NCBI GenBank assembly: GCA_028534125.1
Contig: CM052817.1
Span: forward strand, 17,176,001 to 17,240,000
DNA length: 64,000 nucleotides
From: Lama glama
Taxonomy: Eukaryota
Direction: 5' to 3'
The translations under genes were made by a program, and so were the position numbers. This document shows, piece after piece, positions 38,199 through 50,240 of the stretch. The stretch's first letter is position 1, and the number at the start of each line of letters is the position of its first letter. The notes under the pieces were generated by a model. It ran no database searches, was not told the DNA's origin, and was given only the letters and a program-made list of their open reading frames with translations.

Positions 38199-38766
38199 TT
38201 TTTTAGTTGAAATATAGTTGATTTGCAATGTTGTCTTAGTTTCTGGTGTACATAGTGATTCAGTTATACATATATGTATATATTCTTTTTCATATTTTTT
38301 CATTATAGGTTATTATAAGCTACTGAATATAGTTCCCTGTACTATACAGTAGGACCTTGTTGTTTATCTATTTTATATACAGTAGTTTGTATGCGCTATT
38401 CCCAACTTCCTAATTTATCCCTCCCCTAATCCCCTTTCCCCTTAGGTAACCCATAAGTTTGTTTTCTATGTCTGTGAGCCTGTTTCTGTTTTGTAAATAA
38501 GTTCATTTGTGTCATTTTTTTTTAGATTCCACATATAGATAATATCATGTGATATTAGTCTTTGTCTGACTTACTTCACTTAGTATGACAATCTCTAGAT
38601 CCATCCATGTTGCTGTAAATGGCATTATTTATTTTTTTTTATGGCAGAGTAGGATTCCACTGTATAAGTATACCATAAGTTCTTTATCCAGTCATCTGTC
38701 GATGGACATTTAGGTTGCTTCCATGTCTTGGCTGTTGTAAATAGTGCTGCTGTGAACACGGGGGTG
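38199..38766 (-). mobile_element. 5'-truncated LINE-1 with 11-bp TSD
   Basis: Poly(T) plus antisense L1 3' UTR/ORF2 end; exact TSD ggggcctgctt at 38188-38198 and 38767-38777. Confidence 0.92.
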
Positions 38767-39645
38767 GGGGCCTGCTTCTCATCACTCAGGTCTTAGCACC
38801 AATGTCACCATTTCAGAAAGGGCTCTCCCACCTTCCGGATCTAAAGCAGCCTCCCCCAACTGTCACACTTTATCCCATAATGCTGTTTTAATCTCCTTAT
38901 GGATGTGTCACTACTAAAAACAATTGTGTTTTTATTTGTTTATAGCCTTTCATCTGTCTGCTTCCCCCAAGATATAAACTCCTCTATAGCAAGGACCTGC
39001 TTTCCTTCATTCTCCCCAACACTTCGAAGTGCCCGGCACACAGTTGCTGCTTAATAAGTGAGTGGAAGCAGGGCCTCCCTTCAGAGGTTTCAAATCTGCA
39101 AAGGAAATGTTTTCCATCCTCCAGGAACTTTGAGTACTTAAGGGCTGAAAGACGCAGAGGCAAAAAGGGGATATGTGATTAGATACTCTTGGAATCGTTC
39201 AAAGGAAAAGAAGGTCCCTGAATAGGCTGAGCCCTGAAGGAAAATGGGATTCCTAGAGGCGAAGCTAAGAGCACTTCAAGGGCACTCCCCACGCGAGGGA
39301 GTCTGCCCTTGGCGTGGCCTTCAGAGTTTGCACGAAGTCACCAGTGCCTGGGGGATGAAATCTCCACGGGATTAGCAGGGAGCCACTGAAAGCTCTGGAG
39401 CAACACACCTGAGGGCTGATTTGGGGAAGTCGCTCTGGGAGGCAGGGAGACGCATGGGTCTGCCGCAGCACTGACGCTCGTGTGAGGACTGGGAGAAAGA
39501 AAGCAAACACGGAACACTCACGGGGGAGAACTGCTAGGTTTTTGTGGCAGTTCAGATCTTTGTGGCACAAAGGAAGGAAATATCCAACCAATTACCTAAT
39601 TCTATTGACTTCCAATAGAATCAATTAGAATTGATTAATTGGTTT

Positions 39646-39942
39646 ATCATATTAAGTGAAATAAGTCAGGCAAAGACAAATATATCACTTATATGTGAAA
39701 TCTAAAAAAGTGATACAAACGAACTTATTTACAAAACCAAAATAGACTCACAGACATAGAAAACAAACTTATGATTACCAAAGGGGAAAAGTAGGGGAGG
39801 GATAAATTTGGAATTTGGGTTTAACTGGTACACACTTCTATATATAAACTAGATACATAGCAAGGTCCTACTGTATAGCACAGGGAACTGTATTCAGTAT
39901 CCTGTAATAACCTAGAATGGAATAGAATCTCAAAAAGAATAG

Positions 39943-39989
<47 letters not shown>

Positions 39990-40124
39990 ATATATATATA
40001 AAATATTATATATATATATAAAAATATATATTATATATATATAAAACTGAATCACTTTGCTGTATACCTGAAACATTATAGATCAACTATACCTCAATAA
40101 AAAAATTAAAGTAAAAAAAGGAAG
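39646..40124 (+). mobile_element. 5'-truncated LINE-1 3' end with expanded (TA)n
   Basis: atcatattaagtgaaataagtcag...aaggtcctactgtatagcacagggaact...tcaactatacctcaataaaaaaa; TA-rich tract at about 39943-40043. Confidence 0.9.
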
Positions 40125-40402
40125 CAATAGAATCAGGAGATTCAATAAAGAGATCAATAGAATTAGGTAATTGGTTGGATTTTTTGCCAAAGGGGAGGGC
40201 CCGTGAAAGCTGACACTGTCTGGGTTGCTGGGTAGAGAGGGATCTCTGTGGAAGGAACTGATTTGAGAGGGTCCCTCTGATAACATGGTTTTGCAGACTA
40301 TTGCATGTGGGGTGCTGGTGGGACGTCCAAGTGATACTCCACAGCAGCCAGGAGGACCCGTGGGGCTGGAGAGAAAGATGCACAAGCCACTCCCTCCACA
40401 GG

Positions 40403-41550
40403 AAGAGGTTCTTAAACTTTTGAGGTCAAGGACCTTGTGGATATGAGAAAAGATCTAGACCCACTTTCCAGAAAAATGCGCATATCCGCGTATTCAGAAA
40501 AACTTGCATTCAAGTTCAACCCAGTTGTCTGGATGGTTTTTTGTTTATTTTTTGTGTGCCCTGGAGATTATCTTTTGTGTATGGAAAGGATTATTCTGAA
40601 AAGATTTCAGTTTTTAAAATATCATTTTAAATTTGTTCAAGTTTCCATTTTTAAAAACTATTTCTCCCTTCATCTTCTTAGATTCAGTTTATGAATATAT
40701 TTGCACTATTTATAAATCTACCAAAGTTTAAGGAACAAATTATAAAATTAGATTATTTACATTTTAAACTTCACTTATACTTTCAATATATTTGGTTTCT
40801 TTAAGTTATTACAATTGTCGAATGTAACAAACTTTCCAAGACACCTACATCATTTTTATAAATCTAACAAATTGAACCTTAAAAGGATGGATTTTAAATA
40901 CTCTTAAGTGTTCCAAAATGGTTTACATACTGAATGAAATTTCAATTTAAATGTCCATGCTTAAGTCAATTATTCAATTACCTGTTTTAAATTAAAACCT
41001 CCATGTTAACCTATTATAGATACTAATATGCTAAATTGTCTTTAACATTTCAAGAAATTAAAATAACATGTATGGACAGATTATCTTTAATGTATCACGA
41101 AAATGTTGAGATTCTAGGTGATTTACTTTGCAGCTCCTCTTTATTCTGAATCTCCCCCAGGGGACTCCAGTACTGAGCTTTTTTTTCGTAGTCTTTATCT
41201 CAAAAACTCCAAAACTCTAGGCGTAATCCCAGGCATCTGTGTCTCCACCCAGGCTGCTACATTTCAAGATTACATTTCTTTAAATTAGATCTGATTTTGT
41301 GGACTTTTTTTTTTTTGGCTTTAGCATATTTAAATGTATTTTCTATTTAACTGGGAAGACCTTGACCCTGATGGAATTCTTTCTTCTTCTCTGTGGTTCA
41401 CATCTGGTAGCACCCCACAGTTCATAGGTAGTACAGTAATGTTGAGTTGGATCCATCAAGGCTCTGCCTGAGTGCAGATAAACCTTGGGCCATGCTTGTG
41501 ACAGCAGCCAGGCTCTACAAGGCCCACAGATTCCAAGTTATAACCCCCAA
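40403..41550. mobile_element. hAT-Charlie-like MITE apparently split by a ~1 kb insert
   Basis: Left part agaggttcttaaacttttgaggtcaaggacc...ccagaaaaatgcgcata (to about 40530); probable right end ...cagattccaagttataacccc (about 41505-41550). Confidence 0.45.
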
Positions 41551-41955
41551 AGGGTGTTAACAATTGAGTTTAGAGAAAGCAGAGAAGAGAACGTATTCAA
41601 AGGAGGCGAGGGAGTCCTGGGAGGGGATCAACTGTCAGGGGCAGCACACGTTAAACCAGAGCAATGCAATGTCACAGAAGCCATGGGAGAAAAGAGTCTC
41701 AAGAAAGGAGCATGTATCAGAAATGCCAGAACAACTAGAAAGGTTGAGATGGATGACGACTCGCGACCAGAGACCACTTGGATTACAAGAGCTTGGCTTC
41801 TGAACCTGACCATTAGCTGGAGCTTCTCTGGTCCAGTCAAAGAGGCAGCTGTGTGTCTTCACACAGGCACCATGTTGCCACATCAGGCCTTTCAAATGTC
41901 TGTCAGACTCCCCTAATCTTTTATCCTGGGCTCTTGAAGAAGGAATGGATCATTT

Positions 41956-42597
41956 TGTCGCCGATAGATGCAACTGGTGTTCCAGGTTCTTGTCCCGTCC
42001 CAGAAAGAATTCAGAGACAAGACTTAAAGGTTAAAAAGGTAAAGTGAGAATTTATTAAAGGATGGATAGTACACTCCCAGGGGAGAGCGGGCAGGCTCAG
42101 GTGAGCAGCTGCCCTGAGTTTCTTTGGCAAGTTAGTTACATTGGGTGTAAAAATGAATGGGCGGAATATTCATTGGGGAGGAAAGGGTTTGGGGCCTATG
42201 CCCTGATTATCATCCCAACTCCACCTTCCCAAAGGGAGGAGGGATTTTTGTCCTTATTTAGTCTGGATCAGAAGTGTCATGGCGTCGGCGCGTGGTGGGT
42301 ACTTCTGATCTGCAAGGCTAATTTTATTGAAATGATGGCATAATGAGTAAAAGGTTACATTTGGACACCGGAAATTCCTGCCTTTTCTGACCTTTCTTTT
42401 TTGGTCTCCAAGCCAAAAGGTGTGGTCCCTTATCAGCCCAAAGATTCCAGCTTTTCTTTCTCTGCACAAGGGTCCCTGCTCACATTGATGTGTGGTTTCC
42501 TGCATTTGGCCTGTGCCCCTCCTTTCTGCCTAATTCCTGCATTTTGGTCGGTGTCCCCCTTTCTCTGCTCATATCTAGCTATCTGCCTGCTCTAACA
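41956..42597 (-). mobile_element. Young solo LTR, ERV1-class (642 bp)
   Basis: TGTCG...CTAACA ends; exact 4-bp TSD ATTT (41952-41955, 42598-42601); minus-strand AATAAA (tttatt at about 42050); CpGs retained. Confidence 0.85.
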
Positions 42598-42784
42598 ATT
42601 TGACTTTTCTTCTAGTTGCTTTCCTGTGTCTCTTGAAGAGAGGAATTAATTATTCTTTACACTGTTAGCTTCCTAAACAGGCGTAGAGACCTGTGGCACA
42701 CGGTAGACAGAACACAGATTTCAGGCATAATTTGCAGAATGGCAGCCTCTATCTGCTTTGAAGAAAACAAAAACACTCTAGCTC

Positions 42785-42925
42785 GGAATTTCTCAACCTT
42801 GGTACTAATGAACTTTTGACTGGATCGTCCTTTGCTGGGGACTGTCCTGGGCAGTGCAGGCTGCTTGGCAGCAGACCTAGACACGACCCACATAATGCCA
42901 GTAGCACCCCTTCTTCCAGTTGTGT
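42785..42925 (+). mobile_element. MER20-like hAT MITE fragment
   Basis: tttctcaaccttggtactaatgaactttt..ctggat...ggggactgtcctgggcagtgcagg...atgccagtagcacccc..ccagttgtg. Confidence 0.7.
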
Positions 42926-43419
42926 TCAGGGCCTGGGTGGGGCTGTGGGGCCGTGAGGCGGAAACCGGGTAGAATAGGCTTAGGGAGGCTGCAGGCATGA
43001 GCGGGCTAGTTTACGTCTTGGCTTACCTTGTGTAAGGCCCGGTATCTTCCTCACTCTCAGGAAGCAGCAATTTCCAGCTCTTGCCAGTTGCATCCTTTCC
43101 CTGTATGAAGATGCTGTGGGGGCCAAGAGACCTAGAACCATGGTGTACTTGGTTTCTTCAAGTCCTGGACGAACAGAGCTCGCCTCTGGGAAGGTGGTGG
43201 AGCGGAGGTGTCAGATGCTCGGCAGAGAGTGATGAATGAAGTCAGAGTGATCCATCAAGGAGGGCGTAGAGCAAGGGGGAGAGGTCCTGTACCCAGAGTA
43301 AGGGGGTCTTCTGATCTGTCATCAAGCTGCCTGCTGGGGGACACCTGTTCAAGAGCTTGGGTCCCATCAGTAGATGGGTCCTCAGCTTCATGCTTAGACC
43401 TGTGAGAGATTGTATGAAG

Positions 43420-43790
43420 CAGTAGTTAATCTCGGTTTGAATCCTCGTTGGACCAGAAACTAACTTTGTAACTTCGGATAGAATATCAAATCCTCTCTGA
43501 GTCTAAGCTCTTCATCCGTAAACTGGAGATTAAATGACCAGACTGCTTAGAATTGTTAGGACCATTAAATGATGAGTCTTGTGGCTTGCCAAAACATTTA
43601 GTGATGAAAAGCAATAGGTTTTGGTATTCTGGGTTCCTGTGCTTTGCCACTTACTAGCTGTGTGATTTTAGATACTCTGCAAAATGTGGATGGAATCAAG
43701 TTTATAAGGTGATTCTGAAGATTAAATGAGATAAACCCAAACCCATAAAGATTTAACCCTGGGCTGTGATATATTGCTCTACTCTTGACA
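43420..43790 (+). mobile_element. Two tandem MIR fragments
   Basis: ggtttgaatcct...tcttcatccgtaaactggagat and ctttgccacttactagctgtgtgatttt...gaagattaaatgagataa. Confidence 0.65.
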
Positions 43791-45149
43791 AATATGGTGA
43801 TTTCTGGAGCCCTGGGGATGTTCCATTTACTCACCAGATGCTCCTGCTCCACCTCCCCCTGGTGAAGTGTGGGAAGGTGGGGGAGATGGGGCCTTGGGGG
43901 TACACCTGGCATTGCATCCAGACCTACATGACCTCCTTCCCCCACCTTCCCCTACCCTTGCTTCTGGAGATTTAGGATGGGAGGGGTCGGTAGTTTCCCT
44001 GAGGGTGGTTGGGACCACCTCATCCTTACAGGGGTACCCACGAGACCCTATTAATGCAGGAGAGAACCACCTAGTTCAGGGGTTCCCATAAACAATTCTC
44101 CCTTTGCCAGATGCAGGACAGACTGGAGAGGGATGAGAGGGATGAGAGTGAAGATACCCACTCGTTTCTCTGGCAGGAGCTCTCAGCAAGAGCGGGAAAA
44201 GGCATTTGCAAGTTGCAGAGTCAATAACTTCAAAGAAAAATGCTCACAACATAATAAAGGGAGAAATAAGGAAATCAAAGCTTCTGCAGAAAATGATTAC
44301 TTTTCTAGTAACATCTCATTTCCATGCCAGTGGTGCCCTGGTAACCTTTATTTGCAAGGTCCCCTAGTCTAGTTCCATGTGTAAGTTATTTATCAGCTCA
44401 GATTCTCCCAGTTTGCAGGAGGCAGCCTGAGAATAGAAGTCCTCACTGAATCTGGAGTTATAAAGTTGCCTTTGCTTCCTAGTACATAAATCTTAGCAAA
44501 AGCCAGTTTTGTTCAAAGTAGAGAATTTACCCTAATACACCATTTGGTTGAGGGTAGGGTGGGTAAGCCAAGTGTCATAACCTTGTCACTCTTTCCTGAT
44601 TGAAGGTTCGTCCAGATCTGCTCTTCTCCACAGTTATCTCAACTGGGCAGGTACTCCCCGAGAGGATGGATTTTTCTGCATTTCAACAATTCAAATCAAT
44701 TCACATGGCCTCTCCAAGGCCTCATAAAATATTCTATAGCAGATAGAAAGATTACCCCTGCACTGGGTTCAGAAGACCCTTGATCTTCCTCGGCTTTGCC
44801 CCAGATTGCAGTAACCCTGGACAGGTCATTAAAGATTTGAACATCAGGTTGCCAATTTGTTTAATGAGGAAGATCTCAAAGATCTTAAAGTTCTCAACTC
44901 TAATGTTCTCTGAGTTTTAAAATTTAGCACCCCCTCCCATCTTGCTTGGTAGCCTGTTGAAGGATTCTGATTATGTCAACACAGTGACATCTCTTGTTAG
45001 ATTAATTTTGTTTTGCATGTAAACTTGAATATTTTAGTGCAGGGCATGCTCTATCCATTGTGCCTGAAGCCCCGCTACTTATCATCCTTAATGTCCACTT
45101 AACCTTCACCTGCTTGGAATGAAGCCATTTGACTATCATTTGGTCCAAA

Positions 45150-48100
45150 AAAATTCATTGAATACTTATTGTGTATCAGGAACTTACAAGGCCCAGTGAG
45201 CAAGATAAACCTGCCCTCAAGGAACTTATGGTCCACAGACAATGGAAGAAGTGAAAAATACAGAAAAATGTTGTGGGGTGATGAGTGTGAAGGAAAGGAA
45301 AACAAGACAGAATGGCGGTTAAATAGCCCCCAAGTGGTCAGGGAAACTTTCTCAGAGAAGGTATTTGAGCAGAGACTTGAGTGAAGCAAGGAAGCAAGTT
45401 GTAAAACACTCGCACTGTTCAGGAGGAGAGACCAGCAAGGACACTTGTTCTGGGATAGGAATGTACTTGCCAAGTTTGAGGAAAGCAGGAGGGCTGATGT
45501 GGCTAAAGTGAAGGAAGAGAGGTTAGACCAGCCCACTGTGGAGGGCCCAGAAAGACTTTAGATTGTGTTGTAAGTGGAATGGGGAGACATAGGAAGGCTT
45601 GAGGAGGAAAGGATGCGATCGAGTTTATGTCACAGATTCCTTTGGCTGCTGTATTGGAGAATAGACTGCAGAGGAGTTGGAGCACATTCAGAAAGTCCGT
45701 TGAGACACTAGAAATAGTCCAAGTGAGTGAAGATGACATCCCGTCTAGCATGGGAGTAGAAATGCTGCTAAGTGGTGACCTTGGAAGTATATTTTGAAGG
45801 TAGAGCCATTTGAGGAATTTTATAATGTATTTGTTGTAAGAATGAGAAAGAAAGAATCAAAAGGTACAAATTTAAACTCCAAAGTTTTTTTAATTGAAGT
45901 ATAATTGACTTACAATATTATTAGTGTCAAGTGTGCAACATAGTGATTCAATATTTTTATATACTATAAAATGATCACTACAAGTCTAGTTATCATCTGT
46001 CAGCATACAAAGTTATTACAATATTATTGACTATATTCCTTATGCTGTACATTACATCTCTATGATTTATTTATTTTACAACTGGAAGTTGGTACCTCTT
46101 AATCCCTTTCACCTATTTCACCCAACCCCCACTCCCTTACCCCTAGCAACCACCAGTTTGTTCTCTGTATCTATGAGTCTGTTTTTGTTTTGTTTTGTTT
46201 GTTCTTTTTTTTTTTTTTTGATTCCACGTATGGGTGGGATCATAGGGTATTTGTCTTTCTGTCCTACCTATTTCACTTAGCATTATACTCTCTAGGTCCA
46301 TCCATGCTGCAAATGGCAAGATTTCATTCATTTTTGTGGCTGAGTGATATTTCATTGCATACATACATCACATTTTCTTTATCTACTTATCTATTGATGA
46401 ATTCTTAGGTTGCTTCCATATCTTGGCTATTATAAATGATACTACAATGAACATTGGGGTACATATCTTTTTGAAATCATGTTTTCATTTTCTTGGGGTA
46501 AATATCTAGAAGTGAAATCACTGGATCATATGGTAGGTCTATTTTAAAATTTTTGAGGAAACTCCATACTGTTTTCCATAGTGACTGTACCAATTTACAA
46601 TCCCACTAAAAGTGCAGTATAAGAGGACTCCTTTTTCTCTACATCCTTGCCAACATTTATTAGTTGTCTTTTTGATAATAGTTATTCTGACAGATGTGAG
46701 GTGATAGCTCATTGTGGTTTTAGTTTTCATTTCCCTGATGATTAGTGATGTTGAGCACCTTTTCATGTGCCTGTTGGCCATCTATACATCTTCTTTGGAA
46801 AAGTGTCATTCATGTCCTCTGCTCATTTTTAAATCAGATTGTTTGTCTTGTTTCTTGATATTGAGCTATATGAGTTCTTTATATTTTGGATATTATCTCC
46901 ATATCAGACATATCATTTGCAAATATCTTCTCCCATCAGTGGATTGCCTTTTCATTTAGTTGATGGTTTCCTTCAGTGTGCAAAAAACTTTTTAGTTTGA
47001 TGTGGTCAAATTTGTTTATTTTTGCTTTTGTTGTCCTTGCCTGAGGAGACAGATCCAAAAAAATATTTCTAAGACCAATGTCATAGAGCATACTGCTTAT
47101 ATTCTTTTCTAAAGGTTTTATAGTTTCAGGTCTTACATTTAAAGCTTTAATCCATTTTGAGTTTAGTTTTTGTATATTGTGTAAGAAAGTGGACTAGTTT
47201 CATTCTGTTACATATGACAGTCCAGTACTCCCAGCACCATTTATTGAAGAGACTTTTTTTCCTGTTTTTTTTTGGGGGGGGGCTTCTTTGTTGTAGATTA
47301 AATTGCCATATAAATGTAGGTTTATTTCTGGGCTCTCTGTGTCTGTTTTTGTGCCAGTACCATACTGTTTTGACTACTGTAGCTTTGTAGTATGGTTTGG
47401 AATCTGGACATATAGTGCTTACTGCTTTGTTCCTCTTTCTCAAGATTGCTTTGGCTATTTGGGGTCTTCTGTGGTTTCATGTTCTTGTTCTGTGGAAAAT
47501 GCTATGGGTATTTTTATAGGGATTGCATTGAATCTGTAGATTGCTTTGGGTAGTATGAACATTTTAACATAAGCATGGAATAGCTTTCCATTTATTTGTG
47601 TTGTCTTTAATTTCTTCCATCAATGTCTTATAGGTTTCAGAGTACAGGTCATTCACTTCCTTGGTTAAATTTATTCCTAGGTATTTTATTGTTTTTGATG
47701 TAATTGTAAATGCTATTGTTTTCTTAATTTCTCTTTCTAGTTGCTCATTATTAGTGTATAGAAATGCAACAGATTTCTGTATATTAATTTTTTATCCTGC
47801 AACTTTACTGAATTCATTTATTAGTTCTAATAGTTTTTTTGGTGGAGTATTTAGAGGTTTTTCTATATATAGTATCATGTCTACAAAAATGATAGTTTTA
47901 TCTCTTGTTTTCCAATCTGGATGACTTTTATTTCTTTTTCTTGTCTGATTGCTGTGGCAAGGACTTCAGACACTATGTTGAATAAAAGTGGTGAGAGTGG
48001 GCAACTTTGTCTTGTTCCTGACCTTAGAGGAAAAGTTTTCAGTTTTTCATCATTCAGTATGATGTTAAATGTGATTTTGTGATATATGGTCTTAATTCAT

Positions 48101-48385
48101 TTGAGATATGTTCCCCCTATACCCACTTTGTTGAAGAGTATTTACTGTCAATGGATGTTGAATTTTGTCAGATGCTTTTTTGGCATATATTGAGATGATC
48201 ACCTGATTTTTACCCTTTGGTCTATTAATGTGGTGTATTATGTTGATTTACAAACATTGAACCATCTTTATACCCTTGGAATAAATCCCACTTGATCATT
48301 CCTTTTAATGTATTGTTTAATTCAGCTTGCTAATATTTTGTTAAGAATTTTTGCATCTATTTTTATCAGGGATATTGGTCTTCAA

Positions 48386-48416
<31 letters not shown>

Positions 48417-49800
48417 CTGTGGTGTCTTTGATTTTGGTATCAGGGTAATGCTGGCCTCATAGAATGAGTTTGGAAGCATTCCTTCCTCTTCAACTTTTTT
48501 GAATAGTTTGGGAAGGATAGATATTAACTCTTCTTTAAATGTTATGCTATAAAACTTTTGATCTGAGCAACTGAGTGAATCATTACTGAGATGAGGAAGG
48601 CTGAGGAAGTCAAGAGTGGAGTTTAGATCATGTTGTGTTTGAAAGGCTGATGGGATATGCCTGTGAAGGGAACCGTTGAGAGGCAGTTGGAAACTCATGT
48701 CTGAAGCTCAGGTCCAGGCTGGAGATAACATATTTTGGAGCTGTCAGCATAGAGGTAGCATTAGAAGGCATTTAAAGACAAGGGCATGGTCCAATTGTGG
48801 TCCTGAGTCCTGACCAGCCTTTAAAAAAAAAAAAAAGGGAAAGTGAATAGAACAGAAAATTTCAGAGTGTGTTGTACATAGTGATGTTAGTCATTGCTTT
48901 GTGAAATATTTTATTTCAGTTGTGTTTGTGTGTATAAGCAAACTGGGTCAGGATGTAAAATGTATTTCTTACTGTGAGTCATGGTCAAAAGTTTGAAAGT
49001 CATTCATCTAAGGACTGAGTGGAAGAGAACTAAGGACTGGTTCCTGGGGCACTTGGACCTGTAAGGGTCAGGAAGGGAATTCAACAAGTGACTTGTGAGA
49101 AGGAGTGACTGGCCACGATGTAGGAGGAACATTAAGAAAGAAACTGAGCAATGAAAGCATTCAAGTCAGAGAGAGGGATCATGCACCTCAAATGCTGTCA
49201 TGAGGTTGAATAAGATGACCAAGCACTGACCATGGGGTTAGGAACATGGAAGGCAATGGTGACCTTGATAAGAAACTCTTTTAGTGGCATATTGGCGGCC
49301 AAAGCCTGGTTAGAATGGGTTTGGGAAAGAATGGGAGGGAGGAAAGAAGTAAAGACAGAAAGTGGATGACTCTTTCAAAGAATTTTGCTAAAAGAGGAGC
49401 AAGAGAAATGAGACAGTAGCTAAGAGGGCCATGTAAGGTCAAGGAGGGGGTTGGTTCCTAAAGATGGCGGAAAAGCCAGCCAGTTACATGCCAGTGGGAA
49501 AGATTCCCATTGAGGAAAGAAGTGAATGATATGGGGGTGGGGTAGTACTTTCAGGAAAGTTGTCCTGGAGCAGGTGAGAGGGAAGAGGATGTAGTAAGGG
49601 AGAAGGGAGAAGGTGTTGCCTGGGATAAGAGCCGGCAGAGCTTAGCCAGGTGCAAAGCGGGAATGCAGAGTATATGGGTACAAATTCAGGAAGATGAGTT
49701 AATTTGGTGGAGACATGGGAAGGTTTCTCCTGAGGGCTCCCATTTTCGCAGCAAGATTAGAAATGGTATCATCAGCTGAGAATGAGGAAGGGGAAGTCAG
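45150..49800 (-). mobile_element. Long L2 LINE interrupted by the L1 at 45885-48545
   Basis: attcattgaatacttattgtg... antisense L2 runs to actccaaagtttt and resumes at tgatctgagcaactg..ttactgagatgagg, continuing through tcaaatgctg...ggtgaccttgataaga. Confidence 0.75.
45885..48545 (-). mobile_element. ~2.7 kb 5'-truncated, decayed LINE-1 (ORF2 from RT start to 3' UTR)
   Basis: Minus-strand peptides [72 protein letters not shown]...KCWQGC and WMDLESIMLSEI are L1 ORF2p; broken by stops and frameshifts. Confidence 0.95.
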
Positions 49801-50207
49801 TGATTCCTTCTCACTCACTCAACAAAAATGATAAAGACCTCCAGTGGTGTGCAGCCTGCCCCTGGAGCCTGCCTGCCTGTCTTCCTCTCCCTGACCCGGG
49901 GCTGAAGCTTGGAGGCCCACGTGGTGGCTGTAACTCTGGCCTCACTTGGGGCTAAGTGTAGTATCTGCTTTCCAGACAAAATCCCACCCAAGGGCCCGGA
50001 ATCCACCACTATGACACCCACATTGAATAAGTGAGGTCACCAAAAAGGGTAATTGTGGCACAAAGCAGAATGAAGCCAGATCTATGGAATCAGCCCAGTG
50101 GGGACGGAGGTCTGGGCAACTATGACTCAGGCCCCCACCACTGGCTCGCTTTTCCCTAGGAACTGGGAAAAATGAGCCGGCAGTTTGGTTGCTCACAGCC
50201 CCAGGCA

Positions 50208-50209
<2 letters not shown>

Positions 50210-50239
<30 letters not shown>

Positions 50240-50240
50240 A
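50210..50240. repeat. (AAAAC)n microsatellite
   Basis: aaaacaaaacaaaacaaaacaaaac seen directly. Confidence 0.9.

Larger units (their letters stand above)
37600..39060 (+). mobile_element. L2 LINE interrupted by a MER81-like MITE and an L1
   Basis: cccatcccagtaaatagcaccaccatctatccag ... ccattctccacacagcagc ... gtgcccggcacacagttgctgcttaataag. Confidence 0.65.

Noticed and set aside
45885..48545. Active LINE-1 or domesticated reverse transcriptase
   Set aside because: No 5' UTR, ORF1 or endonuclease domain, and ORF2 is broken into short frames by stops, frameshifts and deletions.
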